From positions 5,232,231 to 5,296,230 of the forward strand of contig NC_134033.1 in the NCBI RefSeq assembly GCF_964204645.1: DNA of 64,000 nucleotides. The letters are read 5' to 3'. A program made the position numbers and the translations under genes. Source of the stretch: Tubulanus polymorphus (taxonomy: Eukaryota; Animalia; Nemertea). This document shows positions 13,199 through 28,470 of the stretch, piece after piece. How positions within the stretch are numbered: the stretch's first letter is position 1; each line of letters begins with the position of its first letter. Under the pieces are notes generated by a model that did not search any database, was not told the origin of the DNA, and saw nothing but the letters and a program-made list of their open reading frames with translations.

Positions 13199-13737
13199 CT
13201 GGCCGCAGTTCCTTCATCGTCAACAACACCGACCACCAGTCTATATATCTAGCCAACCATATGCATGTTTTGATGGAATCTACCTGCGAAAATGACGCAC
13301 CTGATTGGGTTAACACAAATATTAGTAGACGCAAAGCGGCAACTTTTCCGCTCGTGCAATCTTGACAAGGATAAGAAGTCACCAAACCTCAGCCTAACTT
13401 AACGAATGTAGTATATAATATATAATGTCGATCAATGCAAATATACGGTGTAAGAAGTTGGGTCCCTTTAGGAGGGTCACTTTGTGGACCATCGCAACCA
13501 TCAACACTGTCCTGAAATGAGCCGCCTTAATTTAGGGGATATAATGAATAGACATTTAAATGATTGAATAACCCAGCTAAAATGCACCAGAAATAAAACG
13601 TTATCCTTCCTCTCATCTGAACTAGAATTTCGAATTTTGAATAATAGGCAAACAACAATCAGTATTTACTTCTTCAGAAGAATTTTATTGACGGGAATCT
13701 TGCATAATATTTGACGAAAGATACTCGAACAATACGT

Positions 13738-14259
13738 TTATCCACATGTCAAAGGATTGTAGCAACCGGGTTCCTTTGTGCTTCCTACAAATACAAACTT
13801 GAGGTGTGAAAAAATTTCAAACAGATTTGAATTACGTAATGCGGTGTGACTGTAAATTTCCATTACCACCGCCATTTCCGTTGCCGCCGCCATTTCCGTT
13901 GTTTCCGCCATTTCCGTTGTTTCCGCCATTTCCGTTGTTTCCGCCATTTCCGTTATTACCACCGTTTCCATTGCCTTGGCGCACTTGTCGTGAATCTAGA
14001 AAATGTTAGTGGTATATTATTCAAATCTTATATGACACCTTATTATAACATTGACCTCATATTCAAAATGTTAAGTACAAGATGTACAAGATGGTTGCTG
14101 CGATTCAAGATATTCAACTCAATGTCAAATTTTATTCTCAAATTGTTTAGCGCACATCTACAGGCTACTTGATCTGTACTTACGCGCAGCTTCTTCGGAG
14201 TATACAGCCGAAGCAACCAGCATTACGAGAGCAAAGAAGAGAAGCTGTTTGGAAAACAT
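13738..14259 (-). CDS. Secreted Gly/Asn-rich peptide precursor, copy 3 (83 aa, same protein as copy 2)
   Basis: Exons 14259-14184, 13995-13867 and 13784-13738; this is the +5010 copy. Confidence 0.85.
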
Positions 14260-17200
14260 CTGAAGTTGATACAAATATTTTTTACAATATAATGATATTA
14301 TATAATTACAAAAGATATTTACTGGGGACATTTCATCGGTCAACAAATTGCGAACAGTGCGGCTATGAGACGCAAGACAGATCTGACGGATGCTAACTAT
14401 GGACATTGCAACGATCTTGCAAACTCAATGGAAATGATATTAGTGTTTTGCATATTTCATGTGATGTTTTGATATATTTCAGCAATATATTTCCCCTTTG
14501 TATTCACTCGCACTGCTTAGACAATTATTAATTCAGTCTAGACATAACGTTAACCAAAGACGGTGGTTTAGATGACCGGTACTTCAAAGACAAAATCTTC
14601 TAAAATCCGTAGAAAATGATTTTTGATCCACCCTTAAATTTTCCTGATTACTTGTCACTTCTGAGAGTTCTTACCTTGAATGGAGCAGTTCAGGAGTGTA
14701 CTCGTATCCTGTCTGGTCTGATTTACCCGTGTCTTATATACAATTTTGTTGGATTCATCGTCACATACTGGTGCATGTTCTTCTTATCGGCAAACGATGA
14801 CTTTTTCTTTTTTAATCATGTTTATGAATCATCAATAGTCTAAAGAGATATACGCAGAGACAACGTCAAGATGAGGAGATTGGTAAACAAAGGCAAATAC
14901 TAAATGCTAGTTTGGATGTACTGATGAAAATAATCTTGGTCATATCATGAACGAGGGTACCCCACAAGCTCGGAAAGCTTCAAAATCTACCAAATTATAC
15001 GCTAATTTCCAGTTTAGCCTTTCTACTATATACATCATCTATATACGTTGTATCGCATCATGTCCAGCGTAAAGAAGTTTTCCATAGAGTTCTGCCAATT
15101 TTGTATATATCTTTTTAGATGGATTAGACAAGTCATGTTCATTGAAGGGGTTTTCAACTACCCGACGATAAATTCTTCGAATCTCGAACTAAGACGCAAA
15201 ATGGGACCCTGTGTTAGTGAACGACAGTACTCTGGTACTACGACCCGTGGGTTGTTGGTAAAAGACAATGTAACAAGACCTGGTTTCTGTGTACTGACTG
15301 ACTGAGAACATTCATTCGGGAGCTCATACAAGTACGAAAAAGAGGATTACTTTGACATTTGAACGGTTTTGAATTTGAACAGTTTTGGTTGATTTGGTGC
15401 TATTATATGATAGCCTAGTACTGTAATATGAGTCTATTTACAATTCCCGACACCTGGTACTCTCCTTGATGACTATGAACAACACATATAGCTCGATGCG
15501 CAAACGTAGCTCGATAGATTCTGAGTGACATGATCAAATTCGAACCTCTAGCTGCTAGACTAAATGCTAAATTCTAAACAAATTGAAGTCTATGAAGCTT
15601 TATTTTTCAGATATTTTTCTTCTTCATATAGTACTCGGAGTTACGGATTTTCTTCGGGATATATCTTTTTCTTATAATTGCGACGAGGCAAAAAGGATGA
15701 AAAATAATGTTCTTATAGTTTACGAGTTTTGCGGGATCCAGAGGTGGATCCGAACTCAAAGCAATTAAAAAAGGCATCGAAGTAATCATTAGTCCTTGGC
15801 CGGCAGATGCAAGTTGACATTGGCCCGGCTCATATTCGTCGACGCCATGAGGCGTTAACAACGGGAAGTTTTCGACAGGTACGATTTGTCATTACTGGAC
15901 CCCCAACAAGAACAGGATAGGTATAATCACCAATGAAAGCACACAGGTCGATTCCATGCTCGTTTACCATACCCGTGATAATGTGGTGTTGCCCTGATGA
16001 ATTCTGCCAATCAGCATCCTAGTTGAGTTCATGATTCACGAGGATCCAATTAGACTTACGTACTGACGGTCTGAGAACGTACTGACTGTCGAGGTGTTAC
16101 CCGTGCTTCCCGCGTATTGGAAAATTAATCTTACATGGAATAGTTCTTTATTACGGCTGTCAATTTTCAGATGTCATTTTGTCAGCAAATGACAAATCAA
16201 TCCTCTGAAACATAACATAAACGTCCGCGTTTTTGTGTTGATATTGTCGTCATCATTTATGTATTTATTACAAACACAACCGTTTTTAATATTGTTTACA
16301 GCAAATTTAAGGAAGGTTCCAGAAATCTAGCGCAATTAAGGCCTACTACGGTTTTGTGCAAGTTTATTATTGTGTAAAACATAAATATAATTGAACTAAA
16401 TATGAATATTCGTTGTGAGAAGTTCATTGTCAATGGTGAATTATCTCATAGTAAACCACGTAAACTAGTTGGGGAATGTCTATGAGTTCTATACAGGAAA
16501 AACACGGGTAGAATAGCTTCAAATTTTAAAAGGTTCATAGGGCCACCAGACCTACGTTCATTTCCGCCCAAATTAAAAATGAACCACGTGCTATAGCAGG
16601 TGTGGGGGCACATTTAGTACCTTCATTCTACCGGCATTCCATTACTTCGTTCAAACATGAAAATTCCACGCATATCCATCCTGTCCCGAGAGGGATTCGA
16701 ACCTAATGGCAACGAGTCTGGCACAACACCTTTAAAACACGAGTGTGCGGCTCCATGTGTGTGCAGCTTAGATGACTTAGCCAATCACATATCCCGTTTT
16801 ATTTTAGCCCGGGCTTTTCCATGTATAGTTTATCGGTGAAATTTACCTCAGCGATAATATAACGGTCAATCTGATTTCGCGCAGATGTTTGCGCATGAAT
16901 CCTGCGGGCTTGGGCTAAAGTGTGGCAGTGTTTCTATCTCAGGACCTAAAGACTTACCTTCCCTTTTGTATCATTTACTGTTTAGTAACGTGTGCAAACC
17001 CTTTACCAGTCATAGTTTGGTATTCACGGATTGTAACGCATTCATACGTCACATCATTCCACCGACCCATGTACGGAGTGTATACGTACGTCATTCCCAG
17101 ACATGTTTATCAACGGTACTACCTATTGTTTATGTGTGACTTAAACATCAGCGCGGGTAGTTTGACTATCCAACACTATTGTACTAAGGTGACAACATAA

Positions 17201-18747
17201 ATATGTTGGCTGATGAGGACGACAAATCTTCAAATTGATTAAAAATAAATTGTCAGAAAGTTGTTTTCGGGACCTAACCAAAACCTTTTTCAGGACACTC
17301 ATGGCTTTTCTGAAAACTATGAGTTTAGTATCACGAAAGTTTTTTAAAAAGGGAAAAATGACTTAGCAATGCAGGATAAAAGTACGCTAACAAAATTGCG
17401 GCTAGCAACTGTAAAATGGTATATAGACCAGACAAGAAGCGTGTTTGAATCGACGCGCGATAATGAACCCGTTAAAACAGTATTCAATCATAAACGTTAT
17501 TCAGGACAGTTTGCTGGTTGTAACCAACTGGTAATAATTTTCTGCAAGTGCCTTGGTTTGATTCGTTTCCGTTAATTCAGTTTATTATTCTTTTTTCAAT
17601 CTTTTTCCAACTTTATGTAACGCTATTTAATGTTATCGTGTTGTTTAATATAGTGCTGTTTTCGCGGGAGGTTTTAATTCATGTCAATGTGATGATACTA
17701 TGTATGGTGGAGAGGTGCAGTGGCTGGTTGCCGCTGGTCACTGGTCTCGCCGATCCATGGTTTTTGGCTTTCAAACCCTGTTGACAGAGTTGCTTGGTCG
17801 AAGGTTCTTCTCTGGTCTCTCCCCAATCGGGAAAATGCAACTTAATGTGAACTGATTCCATATCTGAGCATTTTTCGAAATTATCTTTTTTCGCCATTCA
17901 TTCACAGGTCGCGATGGCTAATGGCATAGATCATTTGAAATTAGGCTGCGTGTAGGATACCACATTGCGCAGCAGTATTCAACCTCGCTTGCCAGGCAGG
18001 TGTTTGATAGCTCCGACAAACAGAAATCCTCATGCCAACACACATCCAGGGCAAAATTCGGTTTTTCGTATCTAGTCGACTAGTGGTCGGAACTAATAAC
18101 CGAATGCGCTTGATTTTCGAACTATTTGCGGAATATAGTTTCGACTAACGGGCATTTGGTTTCGTTTAGTTCGACTATGGTCGACTAACTCAGAAACCGA
18201 AGGTGGCCCTGGCCGCAGTTCCTTCATCGTCAACAACACCGACCACCAGTCTATATATCTAGCCAACCATATGCATGTTTTGATGGAATCTACCTGCGAA
18301 AATGACGCACCTGATTGGGTTAACACAAATATTAGTAGACGCAAAGCGGCAACTTTTCCGCTCGTGCAATCTTGACAAGGATAAGAAGTCACCAAACCTC
18401 AGCCTAACTTAACGAATGTAGTATATAATATATAATGTCGATCAATGCAAATATACGGTGTAAGAAGTTGGGTCCCTTTAGGAGGGTCACTTTGTGGACC
18501 ATCGCAACCATCAACACTGTCCTGAAATGAGCCGCCTTAATTTAGGGGATATAATGAATAGACATTTAAATGATTGAATAACCCAGCTAAAATGCACCAG
18601 AAATAAAACGTTATCCTTCCTCTCATCTGAACTAGAATTTCGAATTTTGAATAATAGGCAAACAACAACCAGTATTTACTTCTTCAGAAGAATTTTATTG
18701 ACGGGAATCTTGCATAATATTTGACGAAAGATACTCGAACAATACGT

Positions 18748-19269
18748 TTATCCACATGTCAAAGGATTGTAGCAACCGGGTTCCTTTGTGCTTCCTACAA
18801 ATACAAACTTGAGGTGTGAAAAAATTTCAAACAGATTTGAATTACGTAATGCGGTGTGACTGTAAATTTCCATTACCACCGCCATTTCCGTTGCCGCCGC
18901 CATTTCCGTTGTTTCCGCCATTTCCGTTGTTTCCGCCATTTCCGTTGTTTCCGCCATTTCCGTTATTACCACCGTTTCCATTGCCTTGGCGCACTTGTCG
19001 TGAATCTAGAAAATGTTAGTGGTATATTATTCAAATCTTATATGACACCTTATTATAACATTGACCTCATATTCAAAATGTTAAGTACAAGATGTACAAG
19101 ATGGTTGCTGCGATTCAAGATATTCAACTCAATGTCAAATTTTATTCTCAAATTGTTTAGCGCACATCTACAGGCTACTTGATCTGTACTTACGCGCAGC
19201 TTCTTCGGAGTATACAGCCGAAGCAACCAGCATTACGAGAGCAAAGAAGAGAAGCTGTTTGGAAAACAT
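18748..19269 (-). CDS. Secreted Gly/Asn-rich peptide precursor, copy 4 (83 aa, same protein as copy 2)
   Basis: Exons 19269-19194, 19005-18877 and 18794-18748; this is the +10020 copy. Confidence 0.85.
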
Positions 19270-22200
19270 CTGAAGTTGATACAAATATTTTTTACAATAT
19301 AATGATATTATATAATTACAAAAGATATTTACTGGGGACATTTCATCGGTCAACAAATTGCGAACAGTGCGGCTATGAGACGCAAGACAGATCTGACGGA
19401 TGCTAACTATGGACATTGCAACGATCTTGCAAACTCAATGGAAATGATATTAGTGTTTTGCATATTTCATGTGATGTTTTGATATATTTCAGCAATATAT
19501 TTCCCCTTTGTATTCACTCGCACTGCTTAGACAATTATTAATTCAGTCTAGACATAACGTTAACCAAAGACGGTGGTTTAGATGACCGGTACTTCAAAGA
19601 CAAAATCTTCTAAAATCCGTAGAAAATGATTTTTGATCCACCCTTAAATTTTCCTGATTACTTGTCACTTCTGAGAGTTCTTACCTTGAATGGAGCAGTT
19701 CAGGAGTGTACTCGTATCCTGTCTGGTCTGATTTACCCGTGTCTTATATACAATTTTGTTGGATTCATCGTCACATACTGGTGCATGTTCTTCTTATCGG
19801 CAAACGATGACTTTTTCTTTTTTAATCATGTTTATGAATCATCAATAGTCTAAAGAGATATACGCAGAGACAACGTCAAGATGAGGAGATTGGTAAACAA
19901 AGGCAAATACTAAATGCTAGTTTGGATGTACTGATGAAAATAATCTTGGTCATATCATGAACGAGGGTACCCCACAAGCTCGGAAAGCTTCAAAATCTAC
20001 CAAATTATACGCTAATTTCCAGTTTAGCCTTTCTACTATATACATCATCTATATACGTTGTATCGCATCATGTCCAGCGTAAAGAAGTTTTCCATAGAGT
20101 TCTGCCAATTTTGTATATATCTTTTTAGATGGATTAGACAAGTCATGTTCATTGAAGGGGTTTTCAACTACCCGACGATAAATTCTTCGAATCTCGAACT
20201 AAGACGCAAAATGGGACCCTGTGTTAGTGAACGACAGTACTCTGGTACTACGACCCGTGGGTTGTTGGTAAAAGACAATGTAACAAGACCTGGTTTCTGT
20301 GTACTGACTGACTGAGAACATTCATTCGGGAGCTCATACAAGTACGAAAAAGAGGATTACTTTGACATTTGAACGGTTTTGAATTTGAACAGTTTTGGTT
20401 GATTTGGTGCTATTATATGATAGCCTAGTACTGTAATATGAGTCTATTTACAATTCCCGACACCTGGTACTCTCCTTGATGACTATGAACAACACATATA
20501 GCTCGATGCGCAAACGTAGCTCGATAGATTCTGAGTGACATGATCAAATTCGAACCTCTAGCTGCTAGACTAAATGCTAAATTCTAAACAAATTGAAGTC
20601 TATGAAGCTTTATTTTTCAGATATTTTTCTTCTTCATATAGTACTCGGAGTTACGGATTTTCTTCGGGATATATCTTTTTCTTATAATTGCGACGAGGCA
20701 AAAAGGATGAAAAATAATGTTCTTATAGTTTACGAGTTTTGCGGGATCCAGAGGTGGATCCGAACTCAAAGCAATTAAAAAAGGCATCGAAGTAATCATT
20801 AGTCCTTGGCCGGCAGATGCAAGTTGACATTGGCCCGGCTCATATTCGTCGACGCCATGAGGCGTTAACAACGGGAAGTTTTCGACAGGTACGATTTGTC
20901 ATTACTGGACCCCCAACAAGAACAGGATAGGTATAATCACCAATGAAAGCACACAGGTCGATTCCATGCTCGTTTACCATACCCGTGATAATGTGGTGTT
21001 GCCCTGATGAATTCTGCCAATCAGCATCCTAGTTGAGTTCATGATTCACGAGGATCCAATTAGACTTACGTACTGACTGTCTGAGAACGTACTGACTGTC
21101 GAGGTGTTACCCGTGCTTCCCGCGTATTGGAAAATTAATCTTACATGGAATAGTTCTTTATTACGGCTGTCAATTTTCAGATGTCATTTTGTCAGCAAAT
21201 GACAAATCAATCCTCTGAAACATAACATAAACGTCCGCGTTTTTGTGTTGATATTGTCGTCATCATTTATGTATTTATTACAAACACAACCGTTTTTAAT
21301 ATTGTTTACAGCAAATTTAAGGAAGGTTCCAGAAATCTAGCGCAATTAAGGCCTACTACGGTTTTGTGCAAGTTTATTATTGTGTAAAACATAAATATAA
21401 TTGAACTAAATATGAATATTCGTTGTGAGAAGTTCATTGTCAATGGTGAATTATCTCATAGTAAACCACGTAAACTAGTTGGGGAATGTCTATGAGTTCT
21501 ATACAGGAAAAACACGGGTAGAATAGCTTCAAATTTTAAAAGGTTCATAGGGCCACCAGACCTACGTTCATTTCCGCCCAAATTAAAAATGAACCACGTG
21601 CTATAGCAGGTGTGGGGGCACATTTAGTACCTTCATTCTACCGGCATTCCATTACTTCGTTCAAACATGAAAATTCCACGCATATCCATCCTGTCCCGAG
21701 AGGGATTCGAACCTAATGGCAACGAGTCTGGCACAACACCTTTAAAACACGAGTGTGCGGCTCCATGTGTGTGCAGCTTAGATGACTTAGCCAATCACAT
21801 ATCCCGTTTTATTTTAGCCCGGGCTTTTCCATGTATAGTTTATCGGTGAAATTTACCTCAGCGATAATATAACGGTCAATCTGATTTCGCGCAGATGTTT
21901 GCGCATGAATCCTGCGGGCTTGGGCTAAAGTGTGGCAGTGTTTCTATCTCAGGACCTAAAGACTTACCTTCCCTTTTGTATCATTTACTGTTTAGTAACG
22001 TGTGCAAACCCTTTACCAGTCATAGTTTGGTATTCACGGATTGTAACGCATTCATACGTCACATCATTCCACCGACCCATGTACGGAGTGTATACGTACG
22101 TCATTCCCAGACATGTTTATCAACGGTACTACCTATTGTTTATGTGTGACTTAAACATCAGCGCGGGTAGTTTGACTATCCAACACTATTGTACTAAGGT

Positions 22201-23757
22201 GACAACATAAATATGTTGGCTGATGAGGACGACAAATCTTCAAATTGATTAAAAATAAATTGTCAGAAAGTTGTTTTCGGGACCTAACCAAAACCTTTTT
22301 CAGGACACTCATGGCTTTTCTGAAAACTATGAGTTTAGTATCACGAAAGTTTTTTAAAAAGGGAAAAATGACTTAGCAATGCAGGATAAAAGTACGCTAA
22401 CAAAATTGCGGCTAGCAACTGTAAAATGGTATATAGACCAGACAAGAAGCGTGTTTGAATCGACGCGCGATAATGAACCCGTTAAAACAGTATTCAATCA
22501 TAAACGTTATTCAGGACAGTTTGCTGGTTGTAACCAACTGGTAATAATTTTCTGCAAGTGCCTTGGTTTGATTCGTTTCCGTTAATTCAGTTTATTATTC
22601 TTTTTTCAATCTTTTTCCAACTTTATGTAACGCTATTTAATGTTATCGTGTTGTTTAATATAGTGCTGTTTTCGCGGGAGGTTTTAATTCATGTCAATGT
22701 GATGATACTATGTATGGTGGAGAGGTGCAGTGGCTGGTTGCCGCTGGTCACTGGTCTCGCCGATCCATGGTTTTTGGCTTTCAAACCCTGTTGACAGAGT
22801 TGCTTGGTCGAAGGTTCTTCTCTGGTCTCTCCCCAATCGGGAAAATGCAACTTAATGTGAACTGATTCCATATCTGAGCATTTTTCGAAATTATCTTTTT
22901 TCGCCATTCATTCACAGGTCGCGATGGCTAATGGCATAGATCATTTGAAATTAGGCTGCGTGTAGGATACCACATTGCGCAGCAGTATTCAACCTCGCTT
23001 GCCAGGCAGGTGTTTGATAGCTCCGACAAACAGAAATCCTCATGCCAACACACATCCAGGGCAAAATTCGGTTTTTCGTATCTAGTCGACTAGTGGTCGG
23101 AACTAATAACCGAATGCGCTTGATTTTCGAACTATTTGCGGAATATAGTTTCGACTAACGGGCATTTGGTTTCGTTTAGTTCGACTATGGTCGACTAACT
23201 CAGAAACCGAAGGTGGCCCTGGCCGCAGTTCCTTCATCGTCAACAACACCGACCACCAGTCTATATATCTAGCCAACCATATGCATGTTTTGATGGAATC
23301 TACCTGCGAAAATGACGCACCTGATTGGGTTAACACAAATATTAGTAGACGCAAAGCGGCAACTTTTCCGCTCGTGCAATCTTGACAAGGATAAGAAGTC
23401 ACCAAACCTCAGCCTAACTTAACGAATGTAGTATATAATATATAATGTCGATCAATGCAAATATACGGTGTAAGAAGTTGGGTCCCTTTAGGAGGGTCAC
23501 TTTGTGGACCATCGCCACCATCAACACTGTCCTGAAATGAGCCGCCTTAATTTAGGGGATATAATGAATAGACATTTAAATGATTGAATAACCAAGCTAA
23601 AATGCACCAGAAATAAAACGTTATCCTTCCTCTCATCTGAACTAGAATTTCGAATATTGAATAATAGGCAAACAACAACCAGTATTTACTTCTTCAGAAG
23701 AATTTTATTGACGGGAATCTTGCATAATATTTGACGAAAGAAACTCGAACAATATGT

Positions 23758-24288
23758 TTATCCACATGTCAAAGGATTGTAGCAACCGGGTTCCTTTGTG
23801 CTTCCTACAAATACAAATTTGAGGTGTGAAAAAATTTCAAACAGATTTGAATTACGTAATGCGGTGTGACTGTAAATTTCCATTACCACCGCCATTTCCG
23901 TTGCCGCCGGCATTTCCGTTGTTTCCGCCATTTCCGTTGTTCCCGCCATTTCCGTTGTTTCCGCCATTTCCGTTATTACCACCGTTTCCATTGCCTTGGC
24001 GAATTTGTCGAGAATCTAGAAAATGTTAGTGGTACGTTATTCAAATCTTGTATGACACCTTATTATAACATAACATTGACATTATTCAAAATGTTAAGTA
24101 CAAGATGTACAAGATGATTGCTGCGATTCAAGATATTCAACTCAATTTCAAATTGTATTTTCAAATTGTATAGCGCACATCTACAGGCTACTTGATCTGT
24201 TAAAGAACTTACGCGCAGCTTCTTCGGAGTATACAGCCGAAGCAACCAGCATTACGAGAGCAAAGATGAGAAGCTGTTTGGAAAACAT
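23758..24288 (-). CDS. Secreted Gly/Asn-rich peptide precursor, copy 5 (83 aa): MFSKQLLIFALVMLVASAVYSEEAAHSRQIR|QGNGNGG(NNGNGG)3NNGNAGGNGNGGGSTKEPGCYNPLTCG*
   Basis: Exons 24288-24213, 24015-23887 and 23804-23758, with intact splice sites. TATATAAG at 24640-24633; exon-1 donor at 24570. Confidence 0.85.
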
Positions 24289-27200
24289 CTGAAGGTGATA
24301 CAAATATTTTTACAATATAATGATATTGTATAATTACAAAAGAAATTTACTGGGGACATTTCATCGGTCAACAAATTGCGAACATTTCCCCTTTGTATTC
24401 ACGCGCACTGCATAGAAAATTATGAATTCAGTCTAGACACAATGTTAACCAAAGACGGTGGTTTAGATGACCGGTAATTCAAAGACAAAATCTTCTGAAA
24501 TCCGTAGAAAATATTTTTTGATCCACCCTTAAATTTTCCTGATTAGTTGTCTCTTCTGAGAGTTCTTACCTTGACTGGAGCAGTTTAATTAAGGAATGTA
24601 CTGGTATCCTGTCCGGTCTGATTTACCCGTGTCTTATATACAATTTAGTTGGATTCATCGTCACATACTGGTGCATGTTCTTCTTATCTGCAAACGATGA
24701 CTTATCCTTTTTTATCACGTTTATGAATCATCAATAGTCAATAGAGATATATGCAGAGACAACGTCAAGATGAAGAGATTGGCAAACAAAGGCAATACTA
24801 ATGCTAGTTTGGATGTACTGATGAAAATAATTTTGGTCATATCATGAACGAGAGCTTCCACAAGCTCGGAAAACTTCAAAGTCTACCAAACTATACGATA
24901 AAATGTCCAATGTAGCCTATCTACTATATACATGGTCTATTTACATTGTATCGCATCATGTTCAACTGTAATGTCATCGTAAAGAAATTTTCCATAGAGT
25001 TCTGCCAATTTTGTATATATCTTTTTAGATAGATCATTTTCATCGAAGGGGTTTTCAACTAACCGACGATTAATTCTTCGAATCTCTAAGCAAGACGCAA
25101 AAGAGAACCCGGTGTTAGTGAACGACTGTACTGTGGTACTATGATCCGTGGGTTGTTGGTAAAAGACAATGTAACAAGACCGGGTTTCTGTGTACTGACT
25201 GACTGAGAACATTTATTCGGGAGCTCATACAAATACGAAAGAGAGGATTATTTTGACATTTGAACGGTTTTGAATTTGAACAGTTTTGGTTGATTTTGTG
25301 CTGTTATATAATAGCTTAGTAACAGTAATTTCAGTCTATTTACAATTCCCGACACCTGGTACTCTCCTTGATGACTATGAACAACACATATAGCTCGATG
25401 CGCAAACGTAGCTCGATAGATTCTGAATGACATGATCAAATTCGAGGCTCTAGCTACTAGACGAAATGCTAAATTCTAAACAATTTAAAGTCTATGAAGC
25501 TTTACTTTTTAGATATTTTTCTTCTTCACATAATTCTTGGAGTTTCACGGATTTTCTTCGGGATATATCTTTTTTCTTATAATTGCGACGAGGCAAAAAG
25601 GATGAAAAATAATGTTCTTATAGTTTCCGAGTTTCACGGGATCCAGAGGTGGATACGAATTCAAAGCAATTAAAAAAGGCATCGAAGTAATCTTTAGTCC
25701 TGAGCCGGCAGATGCAAGTTGATATATTAGTGATTATCGGACCCCCAACAGGAACGCGATAGGCATAATCACCACTGAAAGCACACAGGTCGATCCAACG
25801 CTTGTTTACCATACCCGTGATAATGTGGTGTTGCCATGATAAATTCTGCCAATCAGCATCCGAGTTGAGTTCATGATTCACGAGGATCCAATTAGACTTG
25901 TCTGAGAACGTACTGACTGCCGGGATGTGACCCGCGTATTGGAAAATCAATCTTACATGGAATAGTTCTTTATTACGGCTGTCAAATTTAAGATGTCATT
26001 TTGTCAGCAAATGACAAATCAATCCTCTGAAACTTAACATAAACGTCCATGATTTTGTGTTGATTATTGTCATCATCATTTATATATTTATTACAAATAC
26101 AACCGTTTTTAATATTGTTAACAGCAAATTTAAGGAAGGTTCCAGAAATCTAGCGCAATTAAGGCCTACTTCGGTTTTGTAAAAGTTATTGCGTAAATAT
26201 AAATACAATTGAACTAAATATGAATATTCGTTGTGAGAAGGAGTTCATTGTCAAAGGTGAATTATCTCATAGTCAACCATGTTAACAGGTTGGAGAATGT
26301 CTATGAGTTCTATACAGGAAAAACACGGGTAGAATAGCTTCAAATTTTAAAAGGTTCATATGGCCGGCCACCAGACCTACGTTCATTTCCGCCCAATTTA
26401 AAAATGAACCAACCCACATATTCCTCACGCTAAGGATATCCACCGATTAAATAATAGTAGTACTCGTGTAATATATTTGTTTGATATAGCGCAATATCTA
26501 CTGAGTATTCTCTGCGCTATGCATAAGATGTAGGCTACATCAACTTTCTATCCACCAACACACCAACTAGCTGCTAAAAATTGGAAGTAAACTTTTAAGT
26601 TATTGACATCATAAATCTTCCATAAGCACACTGAAGCTCTCGATTCGGCTGATTGATAGTGACGTCTGTTCTGCTCGTGAATATTCATTAGAGATATTGA
26701 CTACGTGTTTTGTGTATAGTTCTGCTATTTGATATCGGTTAGACGGCAAGATGAAGAGATTTTTCCACGATAAATTCATGTAACCTGAAGAAGAGTATTC
26801 TAAGATACCCGTCGTAAAGTCATTTAAGAGGTGCGGGTTCAAGGGTCAAATACAATATGACCAAATTTTTAACTACAATCAAATCAGAATCCTGGGAAAT
26901 GATTTAATTCGTATTTTCACAACTTGGTGAGAGCTATATTTGCAGCTGCTTGTGCACACTGTGTGAAACGCGAAACATTTAATGAATCTATCTATTGTTA
27001 GGTCATCCTTATATCCAATACAACATTATCAATATTATCATTACGTGCTATAGCAGGTGCGGGGGCACGTTTAGTACCTTCATTCTACCGGCATTCCATC
27101 ACTTCTTCCATTACCAAAATTCCACCACGCATATCAGTCCTGCCCAGAGAGGGATTCGAACCTAATGGAAACGAGTCTGGCACAACACCCTCAACACGAG

Positions 27201-28274
27201 TGCGCAGCTCTATGTGTGTGCAGCTAAGATGATTAAGCCAATCAGATATCCCGTTTTATTTTAGCCCGGGCTATTCCATGTAACGTTTACCGGTGAAATT
27301 TACCTCGGCGATAATATAAACTGATTTCGCGCAGATGTTTGCGCAGCAAACCTGCGCGTGAATCCTACAGGCTTGGGCTAGTGTGGCAGTGTTTCTATCG
27401 CTGAACCTGATGACTTCACTGTTACATCGTTTACTGTTTAGTAACGTGTGCAAGCCCTTTACCACACATGGTTTGGTATTCACGGATTGTAACGCATTCA
27501 TACGTCGCATCATTCCACCGACCCATGTATGGAGTGTTTACGTACTTACACACATAACAATATACTTTTTGCACTCACCATACGCCAGAGTTCATAGCCA
27601 TATATGCGCATGCGCGGATACTTACGTCATTCCCAGACATTTATTGTTTATGTGTGACTTAAATACCAACGCGGGTAGTTGGAAAATTGCAACACTGGCC
27701 ATGAACTCCAACCTCCGTACATTTATCTAAACTGCTTAACTACCATCCAACACAATTGCACTAAGGTGACAAAATAAATATGTTGGCTGAGCACGACAAA
27801 TCTTCAAATTGATTACAAATAACATGTCATAAAGTTGTTTTCGGGAACTAACCCAAACCTTTTTCAGGACCCTCATGGCTTTCCTAAACACTATAAGTTT
27901 AGCATTACGAAAGGTTTTTAAAAAGGAAAAAATGACCCGACAATGCAGGACAAAAGTTTGCAAAATTGTGGCTTGTAACTGTAAAATGGGTTATAGACCA
28001 GACAACGAGCGTGCTTGAATCGACGCGCGATAATGAACCCATTAAAACATTATTCAATCATTAACGTTATTCAGGTCAGTTTGCTGGTTGTAACCCACTG
28101 GCAATAATCTTCTTCAAGTGCCTTGGTTTAATTCGCTTCAGTTAATTCAGTTTATTATTCATTTTTTACCTTTTCCAACTTTATTTACGCTCTTTAATGT
28201 TATTGTATTGTGTTAGATAGTGCTGTTTTCACGGGAGGTTTTAATTCATGTCAACGTGGTGATACTATGTATGG

Positions 28275-28470
28275 GGGAGAGGCGCAGTGGCTGGATGCCG
28301 CTGGCCACTGGTCGCGTCGATCCATGGTTTTTGGCGTTCAAACCCTGTTGATAGAGTTGCTTGGTCGAAGGTTCTTCTCTGGTCTCTCCCCAATTGGGAA
28401 AAAGCAACATCGAACCCACTAATAATGCCCTGCGTGGCGCTTAGTGGGTTGAGGGAATAAAGACAACTAT
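28275..28470 (+). mobile_element. Probable tRNA-derived SINE (truncated relatives at ~12710-12830, +5010 and +10020)
   Basis: A-box-like gtggctggatgc, B-box-like cgttcaaaccc, a terminal hairpin (aacccactaa...ttagtgggtt) and an aataaa tail. The sequence is repeated in the window. Confidence 0.45.

Larger units (their letters stand above)
8600..23629. repeat. Three near-identical 5,010-bp tandem segmental duplication units, followed by a diverged related unit at ~23630-28400
   Basis: All ORFs recur at exact +5010 and +10020 offsets. I saw only a few substitutions (e.g. near 10065/15075, 11078/21078 and 8649/13659). Confidence 0.97.
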
